Below, piece by piece: positions 1-12,199 of a DNA stretch of 64,000 nt (position 1 is the stretch's first letter; every line of letters begins with the position of its first letter). The DNA is from Antechinus flavipes. Its lineage: Eukaryota. Made by a program: the position numbers and the translations under genes. The stretch covers positions 113,460,001 through 113,524,000 of the forward strand of contig NC_067401.1 in assembly GCF_016432865.1 (NCBI RefSeq), written 5' to 3'. The notes below the pieces were generated by a model. That model had not been told where the DNA came from and ran no database searches. It saw only the letters and a program-made list of their open reading frames with translations.

Positions 1-819
1 AAATTACTAAACCCTAATTGTCTCCTGACAAAAATAAATAAATAAATTTGTGGCTTTTCCTCATCCCTGGAACTCTCTTTCTCTTCATCGCTACTTCTTG
101 ATGATGGATTCCCTTGCCCCCAGAATTTCCTCTCCCTAAAAAACAGAAAGGGGAATTATGATGGGTCAGAGCACAGGGTCTAGTCAAAACTGTGTATCTA
201 GTTAAGGAATGTAGAGCAATAAAACCTCTTATCTCTTGATATTGTAAAATACCCATCTTAACTTATTTATCTTTCTGTAAAAGCTACATCCTGACTTCTT
301 ATTTGTCTCCTTCCCTTAAATAATAATCCTTCCTGACTCCTTCCTCACCTCACTTTTATAATTTACCTATTTTATACACTGTTAGCCTACAGATTAAAGC
401 CCCAAATTTTCAGTATTAAAAACTCCCAAATTTCCTCTAGTTGCTAGACTCTCTTAAAGACTAATCCATAAGCTATGACATTAATATATTCTTTTGTGAA
501 TATAAAACAATCTCTTTGAAGTGTTCACGTTCAAACAATCTATGAACCATATCTCTCACACATTTCATTGACTTCCTTCATATCTCTATTAAAGTTCCAT
601 TTTTTTTATAAGAAGTTGATATTCTTTAACCTTAATGTCTTTTCCCTGGAGCTTTATAGTTGTTTAATACATTGTTCCCTCCTTGAAACTATGAGTTCCT
701 TGAGAACAAAAGTTGCTTGGGTTTTTTTTTTTTGTTTTTTGGGGGGGTTGCCTTTCTTTGTATCCCTAGTGCTTAACATAGTGCCTGACATATGGTAGGT
801 GTTTTAGAACATTGTTAAT

Positions 820-1570
820 TTGGAACTGTGCCCGAAGGACTATCAAACTGCATGCTCTTTGATCCAGCAATGTCTCTAGTGGATCTGTATTCCAAAAAGA
901 TTCATAAAAAAGGGAAAAGGACCCACATGTGCCAAAAAAATGTTTGTAGCAGTCCTTTTTGTAATAGTAAAAAATTGGAAACTGAGTACATGCCCATCAG
1001 TGGCTGAATAAATTATGATATAAGAATGTTATGGAATATTATTGTTCTACAAGAAATGATTTCAGAAAAACCTAGAGAGACTTACATGAAATGATGCTAA
1101 GTGAAGTGAGTAAAAGAAGAGAACATTGTTCACAGCAACAACAAGATTATGTGATGATCAACTCTGATGGATATGGCTCTTTTCAACAATAAAGTAATTC
1201 AGGCCAATTCCAATAGATTTGTGATGAAGAGAGCCATCTATAGTCAAGAAAGAGGACCATGGTGACTGAATGTGGATCACAACATAGTATTTTCACATTT
1301 TGCTGTTGTTTGTTTGCTTTATTTTTCTTTCTCATTTTTTTCCTTTTTGATCTGATTTTTTTTATGCACATGATAAATGTGGAAATATGTATAGAAGAAT
1401 GGATAGAAGAATATGTTTAACATATATATTGGATGACTTGCTGCTGTCTAGGGGAGGGGAGTGGAGGGAAGGGAGAGAGAAAAATTTGGAACACAAGATT
1501 TTGCAAGGGTGAATATTGAAAACTATGTTTAATTGTATTTTGAAAATAAAAAAACTATTATTAAAAACAC
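820..1570 (+). mobile_element. LINE-1 3' fragment (decayed ORF2 C-terminus plus 3' UTR)
   Basis: Typical L1 ORF2-end sequence (tttgtagcagtcc...aattggaaactg...tgcccatca...gctgaataaattatg...atggaatattattg), then marsupial L1 3' UTR and an A-rich tail. Confidence 0.85.
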
Positions 1571-2149
1571 TTAAAAAAAGAGGTTTCTTAAAAAAGAATA
1601 TTTGTTAACTTGATTTATTCTCTCCTTCAGGAACTTTGTGAATTGATTCCTAAATTCCTTCATAATTGTGTAACCTCCAGCTTTGGTTTCCCCTATCTCT
1701 CTTTGGTTCAATTCAACTGCCGTGCCTTTGTTGTATAGCTGTAAGATATGGAACACAATAATCTCTGAAAATTTAGAAATGAGTATCACACAAAAAGCAA
1801 TAGTGAGGTAAGATACGTGGTAAGCCTGAGCAGGCTAAAACATAACCAGTGAGGAACATTGAAAAATAAAAGATGTCATTGAGGAAATGTATGCTAAGAA
1901 AAGAAGATGAACTTGTCTTATGGCAAGGTAGATTTGTGGTACTCTCAGAATATTAGAAGAAAGGTGGGAAGACTCCAGAACATTAGACTAAAATCGCCTG
2001 TGAAAGCAGATAGAATGAGGAGGCCTGGATGGGTTGTGACTTGCATGCTGGAGGGAATATTCAAACCAATAAAATTACAAGGGGATCACAGATGCCTTTG
2101 AATATTTGAGAGGATTTAAAACTGGAAAGGATCTTAGAGATCCTCTGTC

Positions 2150-2491
2150 CAGGTCTTCTTAAACTTTTTCCACTCATGACACTTTTTCACTTAAGAAGTT
2201 TTTACACAACCCCAGATTTATAGGTATATAAAATAGGTACACAAATCAAACATTTAGATAATAAATCATAAAGAAATTTATTTTAAAATAATTATTATAT
2301 ATATATAATTTACCATTTATTAAAGGCAAAAGCAAATTTGTATACTTTGGATGTGCTTGTTAATTTTTATATAAAGAATTAATTTTTGGTAGAATATGTG
2401 AAACTTTTATTGTTTCTAATTTTTCAAAACCCCCCCCATATTCAGTTATATGACCCTACATGGAGTGCAACCCACAGCTTAAGAAACTTTG
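2150..2491. mobile_element. hAT/Charlie-type MITE inserted in a MIR
   Basis: Imperfect terminal inverted repeats CAGGTCTTCTTAAACT and revcomp CAAAGTTTCTTAAGCT around an AT-rich interior. MIR sequence is interrupted at its tctagtc-like site and resumes with tttacagatgaggaaact. Confidence 0.65.
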
Positions 2492-3424
2492 CTCTAACCC
2501 AATAATTTTGTTTACAGATGAGGAAACTAAATCTATCCTGGAGAGAAGAAGAGATTTGTTCAGTCACAAAGGTAGTTGGTGGTAGAACTGACTATGAAGC
2601 TAGGTTTGATTTGGGTTTGTTAATTTTTTTTAATTTCAAAAGAGCAATTGGTAGTTCAGTAAATAGAGTAGTGGTCCTGGAGTCAGGGAGATTCCTCTTC
2701 TTGAGTTCAAACCTGATCTCAGATACTTACTAGCTGTGTGACTCTGGACAAGTCATTTAACTGCTTGCCTCAGTTTCCTTACTTATCAAATATTTCCTGA
2801 AGATGATCTGGAGTGAATTCTTAGAATCTCAGACAATCTGGTAATCTGCAATTATCCCACAGGTGTCCCTAAACTATCAATTAGAATCTTTTCCAACTAA
2901 AGTCCTATAGACAGTGTAACTAATATGGTCATATACAGAGTTTCTAATGCTCTAGGTCAAGATGGTAATAACAATAATCTTAAGAGCAATGATAACACAA
3001 CATTTAAGAAGTAACTTGTGGTTTACAATACAATATCTCATTTGTTCATCACAACTTTGTAAGGGAAATGTTGCTACTGTTATTATATTCACGTTGCAGA
3101 TGAAAACTGAGAGAGAAGTGGACTCTAGCTGTGAGTCCAGGGAATTAAAGTCAAGAAGGACTCTACCAACTCTGATATTCTGCATTTTTATGGTATCTAT
3201 GAAAAATCTAATAAATACCCAAAAGGCCAGAAATTGGGACTTTCAGAAAAAGTTTTTTGCACATGGTTAAAACATAGATACGCAATCTATCCGATTTTAT
3301 TAATCTGATATCAGATGTTATTAATCTATCCAAGGACACACAATTAACAGTGTCTGAGGTGGGATTTGAACCCAGAGCTTTCCAACTTTTAAGTCTATAT
3401 CTCTATCTATCATATAGTGTAATT

Positions 3425-3640
3425 GTTGTCATTTGTCCTTTGTTTTTGAAGAGGACTAATAATATCACAGAAGGACATCTTGATTTGTTGTGTAAATTGG
3501 ATTTAAGTGAGGCAAGATTGCACAAAGCCATCAGCCTTACTCTCTTTCCCAGACTAGTCAGAGCCAATAAGCAAGACAAAAGTCAGAATGACTGGTTATG
3601 GCCTGAGTTGAAGTGGATGACCTTGTCATCTTCAAAGTTT
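3425..3640 (+). mobile_element. RTE-related marsupial SINE fragment (MAR1-type); related copies near 38255-38490 and 56176-56340
   Basis: Shared motif gttgtt...tgtcctt...gaagaggac...gacatc...aattggatttaagtgagg. Confidence 0.65.
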
Positions 3641-4184
3641 GCCAAGCTATAAATGCTCTGCAATCCTTTCTTCAACCACTTTCATGGGCATTGAAACAAA
3701 TTCTTTGCAACTATCCATTCTGCAGGAAGACATCTTTACATGCTTCATATACCCCTAACTCAATAATGGTCTTGAGATTTGTTGGTTGAGGGTAACCTGA
3801 TTTAGTTCATTCACCAAGAGGGATGGGGGATGGCTGCTGCATGTACCACAGCTTCTTGGAGCCATGGGTGAGATTTGAGTTACAACTCAATATCAAAGGT
3901 GCATGAGAAGCCCTGAAAAGGGCTAAGCAAGCCCTTATACCAGAGGGGCTAGTCTTCCTTAAACACCCCATACACTTATGGTATCTGTCCATGAAAAGAA
4001 GGCAGCTTTTTATATGAGACAACTTGAAAATATGAAGGTATGTTAGCTTTGTAGGAAGAGAACCTACATTTGAATCCCTACTTTGACAGTTAGTAGCTGA
4101 GTATCCCTAGACAAACCACTTATGTTCTCAGACTGTCTCCTGAACTGTAAAATGGGTGAGTTAAATTAGATGAATTAGATCATT

Positions 4185-4635
4185 TTTCAGTCATGTCTGA
4201 ATCTCTGTGACCCCATTTGGGATTTTTTTTTCTTTCAAAAGGATTTTATTTTTTACAAATACATGCAAAGATAGTTTTCAACATTCACCTTTGCAAAATC
4301 TTGTGTTCCATATTTTTTCCACTCTCCTACATCCCCCCCCTCCCCAAGACACCAAGAAACTTAATATAGGTTAAACATGTGCAATTCTTCTAAACACATT
4401 TCCATATTTGTCATGCTGCACAAGAAAAATCAGATCAAAAGGAGAAAATAAACAAACAACAAAAAGATGAAAATACTATGTTTTGGTACACATTTAATCT
4501 CACTTGAGATTTTCTTGGCAAAGACACTAGGGTAGTTTGCCATTTCCTTCTCCAACTCATTTGATAGATGAGAAAACTGAAGCAAATAGAGTTAAATGAC
4601 TTGTTCAGGATCACACAGCTAGTACGCATCTGGTG
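4185..4635. mobile_element. MAR1/MIR-type CORE-SINE interrupted by a minus-strand L1 3' fragment (approx. 4222-4505)
   Basis: The SINE start (cagtcatgtctga...gaccccatttgggatttt) breaks into a T-run and L1 3' UTR, then resumes at gagattttcttggcaaaga...tttgccatttccttctcc. Confidence 0.75.
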
Positions 4636-5212
4636 AATTAATGATGCTATAGTTTGTCAAGCAATGGCAAGGCAGAAAAGGGGAGGAAGTAAAGAAAGAG
4701 TATGACTTCCCTTGGTCCCAATATAGCAGCAAATCTGTAGAGGGAGACCTCTCCTAAAAGCAATTCAATGAGTTGGGTGAGACTCCAATTGCTCATAATT
4801 ATATTCAGTTCAGTGTAACAGTGTAGCAGCACAACCATTGCTGTTCTGGCTGTTGGCACTAGTGCCAGTCCTCAGATCCCCAAATCCAAAGTCTCAGACT
4901 CTCTATGGAATCTAAAATTACTGCTGCTTCCCTATTCCATGATCCTTCAGTCCCTCCTTCTGGCTGAGAAAAACTACACTTCCCATTACTCCCCTTGCTG
5001 ATAAAGGAAGACTTCTGTCACTGGAAGTCTTTCAGGAGAGTCTACATAACCACTTGTCACAAATGTCATTAAAGAGATTCCTTCTTTGGCAGGGGTTAGA
5101 CTCCATGACTAAGATGGTCCTTTCCACCTTTAAGATTCTGCATTTTTATGATACTTATAAGAAATCAGAAATGAATTACCATAGGATTCTATCAGAAAAG
5201 ATTACAAAAACT

Positions 5213-5214
<2 letters not shown>

Positions 5215-5251
<37 letters not shown>
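5215..5251. repeat. (CA)n microsatellite
   Basis: Direct reading. Confidence 0.95.
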
Positions 5252-5253
<2 letters not shown>

Positions 5254-6861
5254 GAGCATTGATGTGATCCAGTTGTTTTTTGCCACATGCCCCGACATGT
5301 AGAGGGTTAGATACTTCTTTGATGAAGGACAACAGTGATAACTTGAGGAATGCCAGACAGCCATCACATGTACAAACAACTGCTAGACAGGGCAGGACTG
5401 AACAAACTGGATCAAACCTACATAAAAACACACACATTTTGGAAGATTCTTGAGAGTCATAGATTAACTCTTCTAGTAGTTAAGGGAGTCATGTGCATTG
5501 GAAATGGGTGAATAAAATTTGTACTTTTTCATCATGTATGGTGTGGTGTGGTGTGTGTGTGTGTGTAATAGAATACTAGAATGTATGTTAGGAGTTTGGT
5601 TCAAATCCTAGATTCACACTAGCTATAACATTGGGCTATAATGATTCCACTTTAGAGAGCTTAGTTGCCTCATCTGTAAAATGGGGGAAAGAAAGCATTT
5701 ACTTAATTTCAATATGTGAATCACCTCCCATTATTTTAATGATATAAAGTAAAGAACCTGATGGGAATAAGCATTATTTTTGGTTTATCATTGGTAAGCC
5801 ATGCTTCAGATATGTAATACATAAAGGGAGCTGAAATATTTTTAAAGGGGATCAAGTATGGATCAGACTGGATAACTATTGAGGTCCCTTTCAATTCAGA
5901 GATTCTATGGTTCTATGTCCTATTAACCTCACAAGCTTGTTAGGTTTTTTTTAAGTGTTTTGTACTTTGTACAGAACTATTATAATATCAGCTATTGGCA
6001 TCCTGGTGTTTTGGAAGAACTATTGATACAGGATAATAAGGTTGTTTTACAGCTAGCCCATTCTATCTATTTGAAGTTTCTACTTCACCATGATGTGGGA
6101 ATTTAAGGAGGATATGTGATAAATTCAAATCAATTCAGTGACCCCATTAAGTACCCAGTATATTAGTTCTGAAGTTTAAAAAAAATTCTGAAATCTAGAA
6201 CAACTGATCATGACATTCAATAGCAGGGTCTGTGCTAGGATTTGGTAAGGAAAACACATGAAAGGCATGGTTCCCAGCCTCAGGGAGCTCAAAGTCTAAC
6301 TTAACAAAGTCTAAACATGTGGAACCTCCAAACCTAGAAAGACTGAAGGAAATTAACAAACCTATATGTGACAAAAAGCACACTAATGTGGTCTATAAGT
6401 TTCAATGGCTTTAAGGAATAAAGAAGGGCTTGGAATCAGGTGTTGGAGGTGAAGGTTGGAGAGAAGTAAATAAAGAAGACTTCTTGGATAGGGGAGTTTC
6501 TAAGCAATGTGATAAGTGAGCTGCTTCTGGATATGGAACATAAGAATATATGTATGTATGTGCCAGTCATCTTCCTTGTTTATAGCATCTAGAAAAACTC
6601 TAGAGAATTTCTATTTCTTTATGTAACCGCTAATATTTTTGTAGCTTTCTTCTGAATGGTCTTATCTCCTTAAATTCTGATTTACCAACCCAAGCCATTC
6701 TGATTAAGGGAAAAGTAGACAAAAGGGAATACTCAAAATAGCATCTTAAATCTTTACTTCTCACTAGGACATACCCTCCACTCTAGTCAGGCCAGTTTCC
6801 TCAATGTGTCACAAAAATGTATTCCCTTGCCATTGTTCTCTAAGAAATGATGAGCAGGTAG

Positions 6862-7390
6862 ATTTCAGAAAAACATAGAAAGATTTACATGAACTGATAC
6901 TGAGTGAAGTGAGCACAACCAGAAGAACATTGTACACAGTAATAGAAACATTACATGATGATCAACGATGATAGACACAGCTCTACTCAGCAATACAGTG
7001 TTTCTACACAATTTTAAAAGACTTGTGATGGAAAATGCCATTCGCATACAGAGAAAGAATTATGGAGACTAAATTCAGGTCAAAGCATGCTATTTTCACT
7101 TTTTTAAATTTGTTTTTTGGTTTTTCTTTCTCATGGGTTTTCCCCTTTTTTGAAGATTCTTCTTTCACAACATGAGAAATATGGAAATATGTTTAACATA
7201 ATTATATATGTATAATCTATGTCAGATGGCTCGCTGTCTTGGGAGGAAGGAGGAAAGTGAAGGAGAGAGAAAAATCTGAATCTCATAATCTTACAAAAAT
7301 GAATGTTGAAAACTATATTTACATATAGTTGAAAAAAAACTTTTTAATGGGGGTAAATAAAGAAATAAAAGAAAGAATATACAAAAAAAG
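6862..7390 (+). mobile_element. LINE-1 3' UTR fragment
   Basis: gatttcagaaaa...catgaactgatactgagtgaagtgagca...ccagaagaacattgtacacag, same family as 820-1570, with an A-rich end. Confidence 0.8.
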
Positions 7391-8966
7391 TATTCCCTTG
7401 AAGTATATGATAATGAATGCCAGTTTTAAAGCCAGAAGACTTGATTTCAAATAGGTGTGACTTTATAGTGTGAATTTATTCAGAGCAGTTTCCATCTCTG
7501 GAACACAATTTTTTCCTTTATAAAATGAGGAGATTGAACTAGATGAATTTTAAGACTCTTCTCAGCTCTAAAGTTAAGATCTTTCCTCCCTGCCCTCACT
7601 CACGTAGTTTGGAATGCCTTTTTCTCTTCTTGTTTATCCAAATTCTAAGCCAGCTTAAACCTGACCTTCTTTTGCCAGCTTTGTGAATCTTTTCCAAACT
7701 GTCCCAGCCCTCATGAAACTCAACTCTGAAATCTCACAGCACTTAGGGGCTGTGTCACACAATTTATCCCTTAATTATATACAGTATAAAATTATTTCCT
7801 ATTGTCTTGCCTATGTCAGTTTTGTTTTCCCTACTAAATTGTAAGATCTCCTTCACTCAACTTGAGTGCATAAATGGTGTTCAATAACTACTCATTTAGG
7901 GACAAAAACCAGATTTATGATTTCAGTAAGATAGGGAACTCCTAGGTGAGAAAGCCTCCCTATTAATTTGGATAGGCAATTTCTTGGTAATTTATATTTT
8001 GAGAAAATTGCCCAGAACCCTAAAATGTTCAATGGCATGTTCAGAGTTAGCCACTGGGTATCAAAGGTAGAATATGAACCCAATTCTTCCTGGCTTTTAT
8101 GCTGACTCTGTTCACTACATGGCTCTGTAAGAGAGTAAGACTAACGAATTTATGCAATTGCTTCACTTAAATTCAATTCACCCACAAGTCTAGACATCAA
8201 CCTATGATATCATTGGTCCGCTTTGAAAATGAAAGACAAACAATCCATGCTACTACTCAACTACTACATATTTATGATGAATAACAAATAATAGCTCATA
8301 TTAACTTAGTGCTCTGTGGTTACAAAATGATTTCACATATATCGTCTCATTTGATCTTCAAAACAACCATGCAATATAGATAGTGAGAGATTATTATTAC
8401 CACTCTACAGATGAGGAGACCAAGACATTTGAAGTAACTAACCTGAGATCAAGGGGACCCACACAGTAAGTGACTGAAATGTGATCAGCTTTTAAGACCT
8501 TCACAGCCTGACCCCCTTCCTAACTTTACAGCCTCTTACACCTTACTCCCTTTCACACACTCTACTATCTAATTATCCCAGCTTCCTTGGTGTTCCTCAC
8601 ATGACTCTTCAGGAGACTATTCCCTCCACTGCTGATGCCTTCCTTCTGAGATTGCCTTCTATTAACATTGCATATATCTTTGTAAATACCTGGTTATTTA
8701 AATGTAGTCTCACCTATTAGAATGCTTGTTCTTTGAGGTCAGAGATCACATTTTCACCTGTCATTGTGTTACTTAGCATACCTAGTAGATGGGAAGAGCT
8801 TAATAAGTAAATGCTTGTTGACTGATTGACATGGCTTCAAAGTCAGGGTCTTTTTCACTATAGCATGTGACTTTGGCCACAGATGGAGCAGCAAAAAAGG
8901 AATGGCTAAAAAGATAACATGAAAGGTACTGAACTATTGGAGAATGGAATTACCCAGGGACACAGT

Positions 8967-9085
8967 GATCAGTAGTAATAGTAGGAGTAGTAGGAGTAAG
9001 AGTAGTAGAAGGAGGAAGAGGAGGAGGAGGAGGAGGAAGAAAAAAAGGAGGAGGAGAAGGAAGAAAAGGAGGAGGAGGAAGGGTA
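8967..9085. repeat. Compound (AGT)n/(AGG)n purine-rich simple repeat
   Basis: agtagtaatagtagg...gaggaggaggaggaagaaaaaaaggaggaggag, at the head of a MIR-like element. Confidence 0.9.
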
Positions 9086-10463
9086 GTAATATCTTATTTT
9101 ATATGCAGAACAGTTCTCAGGATGGGTGCTCTTATTATCCCCACTAAAACTAAAGAAACTGAGGTAAAACAAGATTAAGTAATTTGTCCAGGTTCACACA
9201 GCTAGTAAGTGTCTGAGGAAAAGTATGGCTTCAGGTCTTCCAGAGCTCTATCCATTCTGTCACCTCACCACCTCTCCACCATTTGGGGGCTGGTCAGTGG
9301 AGTTGTGGCTCTCCAGTCTTTGCCTTTCCACCCCACATCCCCTTCTCAAGAATATTTAATCATGTTCTTTATCTTTAGCTCTCCTACTTGGGATTGGGAT
9401 TAGAAGAGAGAGAGAGAGACTATTCAAATTCCTCTCTTTGTGAAAGGGGGAGCTTTGTGGGAAATGGGGGGACAATTCCCACAACTCATAGATTCTATGG
9501 GACTTGAACCAATATTTTTCTCATTCCAATATACCATGTTATCTGGGCTATTTATATCTTTTGTGGAAGAAATAGAAACCCTAGAAAGAAATCTGTGTGG
9601 AAATAGAAACCCTAATGGGAGGCACATGTTGGTTATGGGACATTCTACTTTTCTGATTATTGCCTTTATATTTGCTCAGCTCATTAGAACTTGGAGCATC
9701 TGTGGTGTTTTATGACAAACAGTTGGATTAATTTCCTAAGGCAGAAGACGAAGCAGATAATGTAACTGATGACCTTAAGAAAGGCTTGAACTCTGGATCT
9801 CAGTTTCTCCTTTTGTAGAATGAAATAGTTGACCTGGATGATTTTTTTAATTTATTATTTTATTTTCCCCCAATTATACATAAAACAATTTTTTACATTT
9901 GTTTTTAAAACTTTGAGATCCAGATTCTCTTCCTGTGCCCATTCCAACCTCTTTAAAGCAAGCACATATGAAGTTATGCAAAATTCTGATGATTCTGATG
10001 ATTTTGAAAGTCCTTTGTAGCATCTGCATTCCATATGTCTCTTACATGACTCTCCTTTCCTATCTCTCTATATATATGTGTGTTTTTTCTAAGCGTTGGT
10101 ATATTGATCATCTACTCCTTCTCTGAAAGCACTGGTGTGGACTTTTATTTTATAGATATGCTCCCCAACTCTTTCCTACTCCCAATTCTCCAATCTTATA
10201 GTATACAAGTTATTTTAGCTCTGTATGCCTTGGATTCCTCATCTGTAAAATGGGGAAATTGAGCTAGAACACCCTTGAGGTATCTTACATGGTCCCATGA
10301 TTCTTTAAATATCCATATGTAAAATTATCTACTGTTTTCACTCTCCAACTTCTACCTTTTGTTAGAAATTATGCAAAAATATGGTATGAATAATCTTTAA
10401 GGATCATAGGAAAATTTAAAATAAAACTGGAGGCATAGAAATTAGTGCTAGAGCAATTATATT

Positions 10464-10469
10464 TTTAAT
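10464..10469 (-). terminator. Probable polyadenylation signal of SPRR4 (ATTAAA)
   Basis: ATTAAA about 330 nt after the stop codon, followed on the minus strand by U-rich sequence (CAGTTTTATTTTAAATTTT). Confidence 0.5.
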
Positions 10470-10798
10470 GGATCAGAAAACAAAGATTGATGGGAGAGAG
10501 CATCCAGGCATAGTGCCCGGGGAATCCAAGAAGCCAGACAAAAGATGTAGATACATGTCAGTGGTGATGACTAGACGCTCCCAACAGATGTGATCCTTGT
10601 CAGGGATTTTGTGCCACTGTAATAGCAGGTGAAGATTGAGGAAGCCGCCACCTTGGCGCTGCTTTCAGAAACTCAACAGCAATGATGAGCAGGCATGCTG
10701 GGGCCTGAGCCAGGTGAGTACCTGGCTGGCTGGGAGAAGGGCAGTTAAGACTTGGGGTTGAGATGCTCTCTATTTTCTCTTCAGTGTGAGAGGTGAAC

Positions 10799-10996
10799 TC
10801 ACTTCTGCTTTGATTTCTGGCACTTCTGGGCAGGTGGACACTTCTGCTGGCAGGGAGGAGGTGCACACTTGGGAGCGCACTTAGGAGGAGGTTGGCAAGG
10901 CTGCTTGGTCTGCTGCTGTGGGGGACAACATTGCTGTTGTGGGGGGCAGCACTGCTGCTTTGGGGGGCAACACTGTTGCTGCTGTTGCTGAGACAT
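10799..10996 (-). CDS. SPRR4: Small proline-rich protein, SPRR4-like cornified envelope precursor (65 aa, single coding exon)
   Basis: ORF MSQQQQQQCCPP...TKQPCQPPPKC...QKCPPAQKCQKSKQK. Counted composition is 21 Q, 16 P, 12 C, 9 K. It has the SPRR head motif KQPCQPPP and the SPRR4-type tail KSKQK. It lies downstream of IVL on the same strand as in human, with an upstream TATA/exon 1 and a splice acceptor just before the ATG. Confidence 0.88.
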   Translation of the reverse strand: MSQQQQQQCCPPKQQCCPPQQQCCPPQQQTKQPCQPPPKCAPKCAPPPCQQKCPPAQKCQKSKQK

Positions 10997-11344
10997 CCTG
11001 GGAGAGTCTGTAACTGTAAGAACAAGAGAGAGAGAGACATGAAGGAAGCTGGGTCAAGGGATAAAATTTGTAAAACATATACAACTTCTGCCAGCAACTT
11101 AACTGCTTTCTAAACAAAGGCATAGAGCACAGAATTGGAGATTTGGGTATGACCTTAAAGAATGACTAAGTCAGATCCTCTCGATTTCCTGATGAAAAGA
11201 CTGAGAGGTCCAAAGATAGGAAGGGGAGATTGTACAAGTGTGTGTCCACACCAATAGCAGGGCCAAGGTCTCCTGACTTAATTCAATGATTTTTCCAACA
11301 TACTATCTAGCCTTTGAAAAGTAGCTCTCAGCTTTCTGGGATGT

Positions 11345-11490
11345 CATGGATTCCTAGGGCATTCTCATAAAGTCTATGGTCTACTTTTTAGAATAAAATA
11401 AAATACATAAGATCACAAAAGAAAATAATTATATTGAGGAATGACCATCTAAAAAGTTTAATACATTCATGGATCCCAAGTTAAACTAGT
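11345..11490. mobile_element. MER5-like hAT MITE remnant in the SPRR4 intron; related inverted copy near 14530-14680
   Basis: aataaaatacataagatcacaaaagaaaataattatattga...catggatcccaagttaa resembles the MER5-like interior. Confidence 0.45.
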
Positions 11491-12075
11491 TGTCTTTATA
11501 ATAAGTTTTTCCTCACCACTTTTGCATCTCAGAGCCAATGTGGCAGTTTGATTTTCTGTTCTTGGCCCTCTTAGATTCATTTATTCCAGTTTCCTAACCT
11601 ATCTTCTACCTTACTCTTCCTTTATATCCCTGACTAAAAGTTGCCCCCCAGAATACCAAATGTCAGTTGAATCCCCACATCTTGTGAGAAACAACCTCTT
11701 CCTGCTTACAAGTTCTTCAAGAGATCTAGACCATGGTAAGAATGTTACAATTTTCCTTGTAGATGCTGTTCTTTCATCTTAACTCATTTGTAGCCAAAGA
11801 AATCATCTGGCATGAGTTTGGTTTGAACCAAAGTCCCTGAAAACATTGATGGTTGTGGATATCAGTTCAGATGAAAAAACATTTAAGTCCTTGGGGTCTA
11901 AGGAGAGAGAGAGGGAGATGACCCCAAAAGCAAAGCCAATCCCATTTGACTAGCTACCTGTAGTTCCATACCCAGGTATGTCCAGTCAGCGTGAAAGAGA
12001 AAATAAAGAAAGGGAAAAATGGAGAGAAGCAATGAGAGACCTCTGTTTCCTGAAATATGAAATTCTCAGACTTAC

Positions 12076-12122
12076 CCAAGTTCACCAGCAAGATGGATTA
12101 GGAGAAGTCAGATGAGTTGGAG
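12076..12122 (-). other. SPRR4: Non-coding exon 1 of SPRR4 (intron approx. 12075-11014)
   Basis: Begins about 25-31 nt after TATAAAAG and ends at donor CTTGG|GTAAGTCTGAG (GT at 12075-12074). Acceptor is polypyrimidine CTCTCTCTCTTGTTCTTACAG ending at 11014, 17 nt before the ATG. TSS is estimated. Confidence 0.8.
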
Positions 12123-12141
12123 GTGCTCTAAGCCAGCTCTT

Positions 12142-12199
12142 CTTTTATAGGGTCTTTGAGTCCTGCCCAAAGCAATGAGGTGGCCCAGGATTGGGGTGT
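12142..12199 (-). promoter_or_regulatory. SPRR4 core promoter: TATA box plus overlapping CCAAT and CACCC (KLF) boxes
   Basis: On the minus strand: TATAAAAG at 12149-12142, CCAAT at 12194-12190, ACACCCC at 12199-12193. Confidence 0.75.

Noticed and set aside
3807-4022. ORF ending MQQPSPIP as an SPRR pseudogene
   Set aside because: Only a 4-residue resemblance, without Q/P/C enrichment or EDC gene structure.
8944-9172. Arg/Lys-rich and Ser-rich ORFs resembling protamine or SR proteins
   Set aside because: Translation of an (AGG)/(AGT) simple repeat at the head of a SINE.
10600-11123. ORFs of 165, 80 and 73 aa overlapping SPRR4
   Set aside because: Alternative-frame or antisense readings of the SPRR4 repeat. 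The two minus-strand ORFs begin inside the intron.
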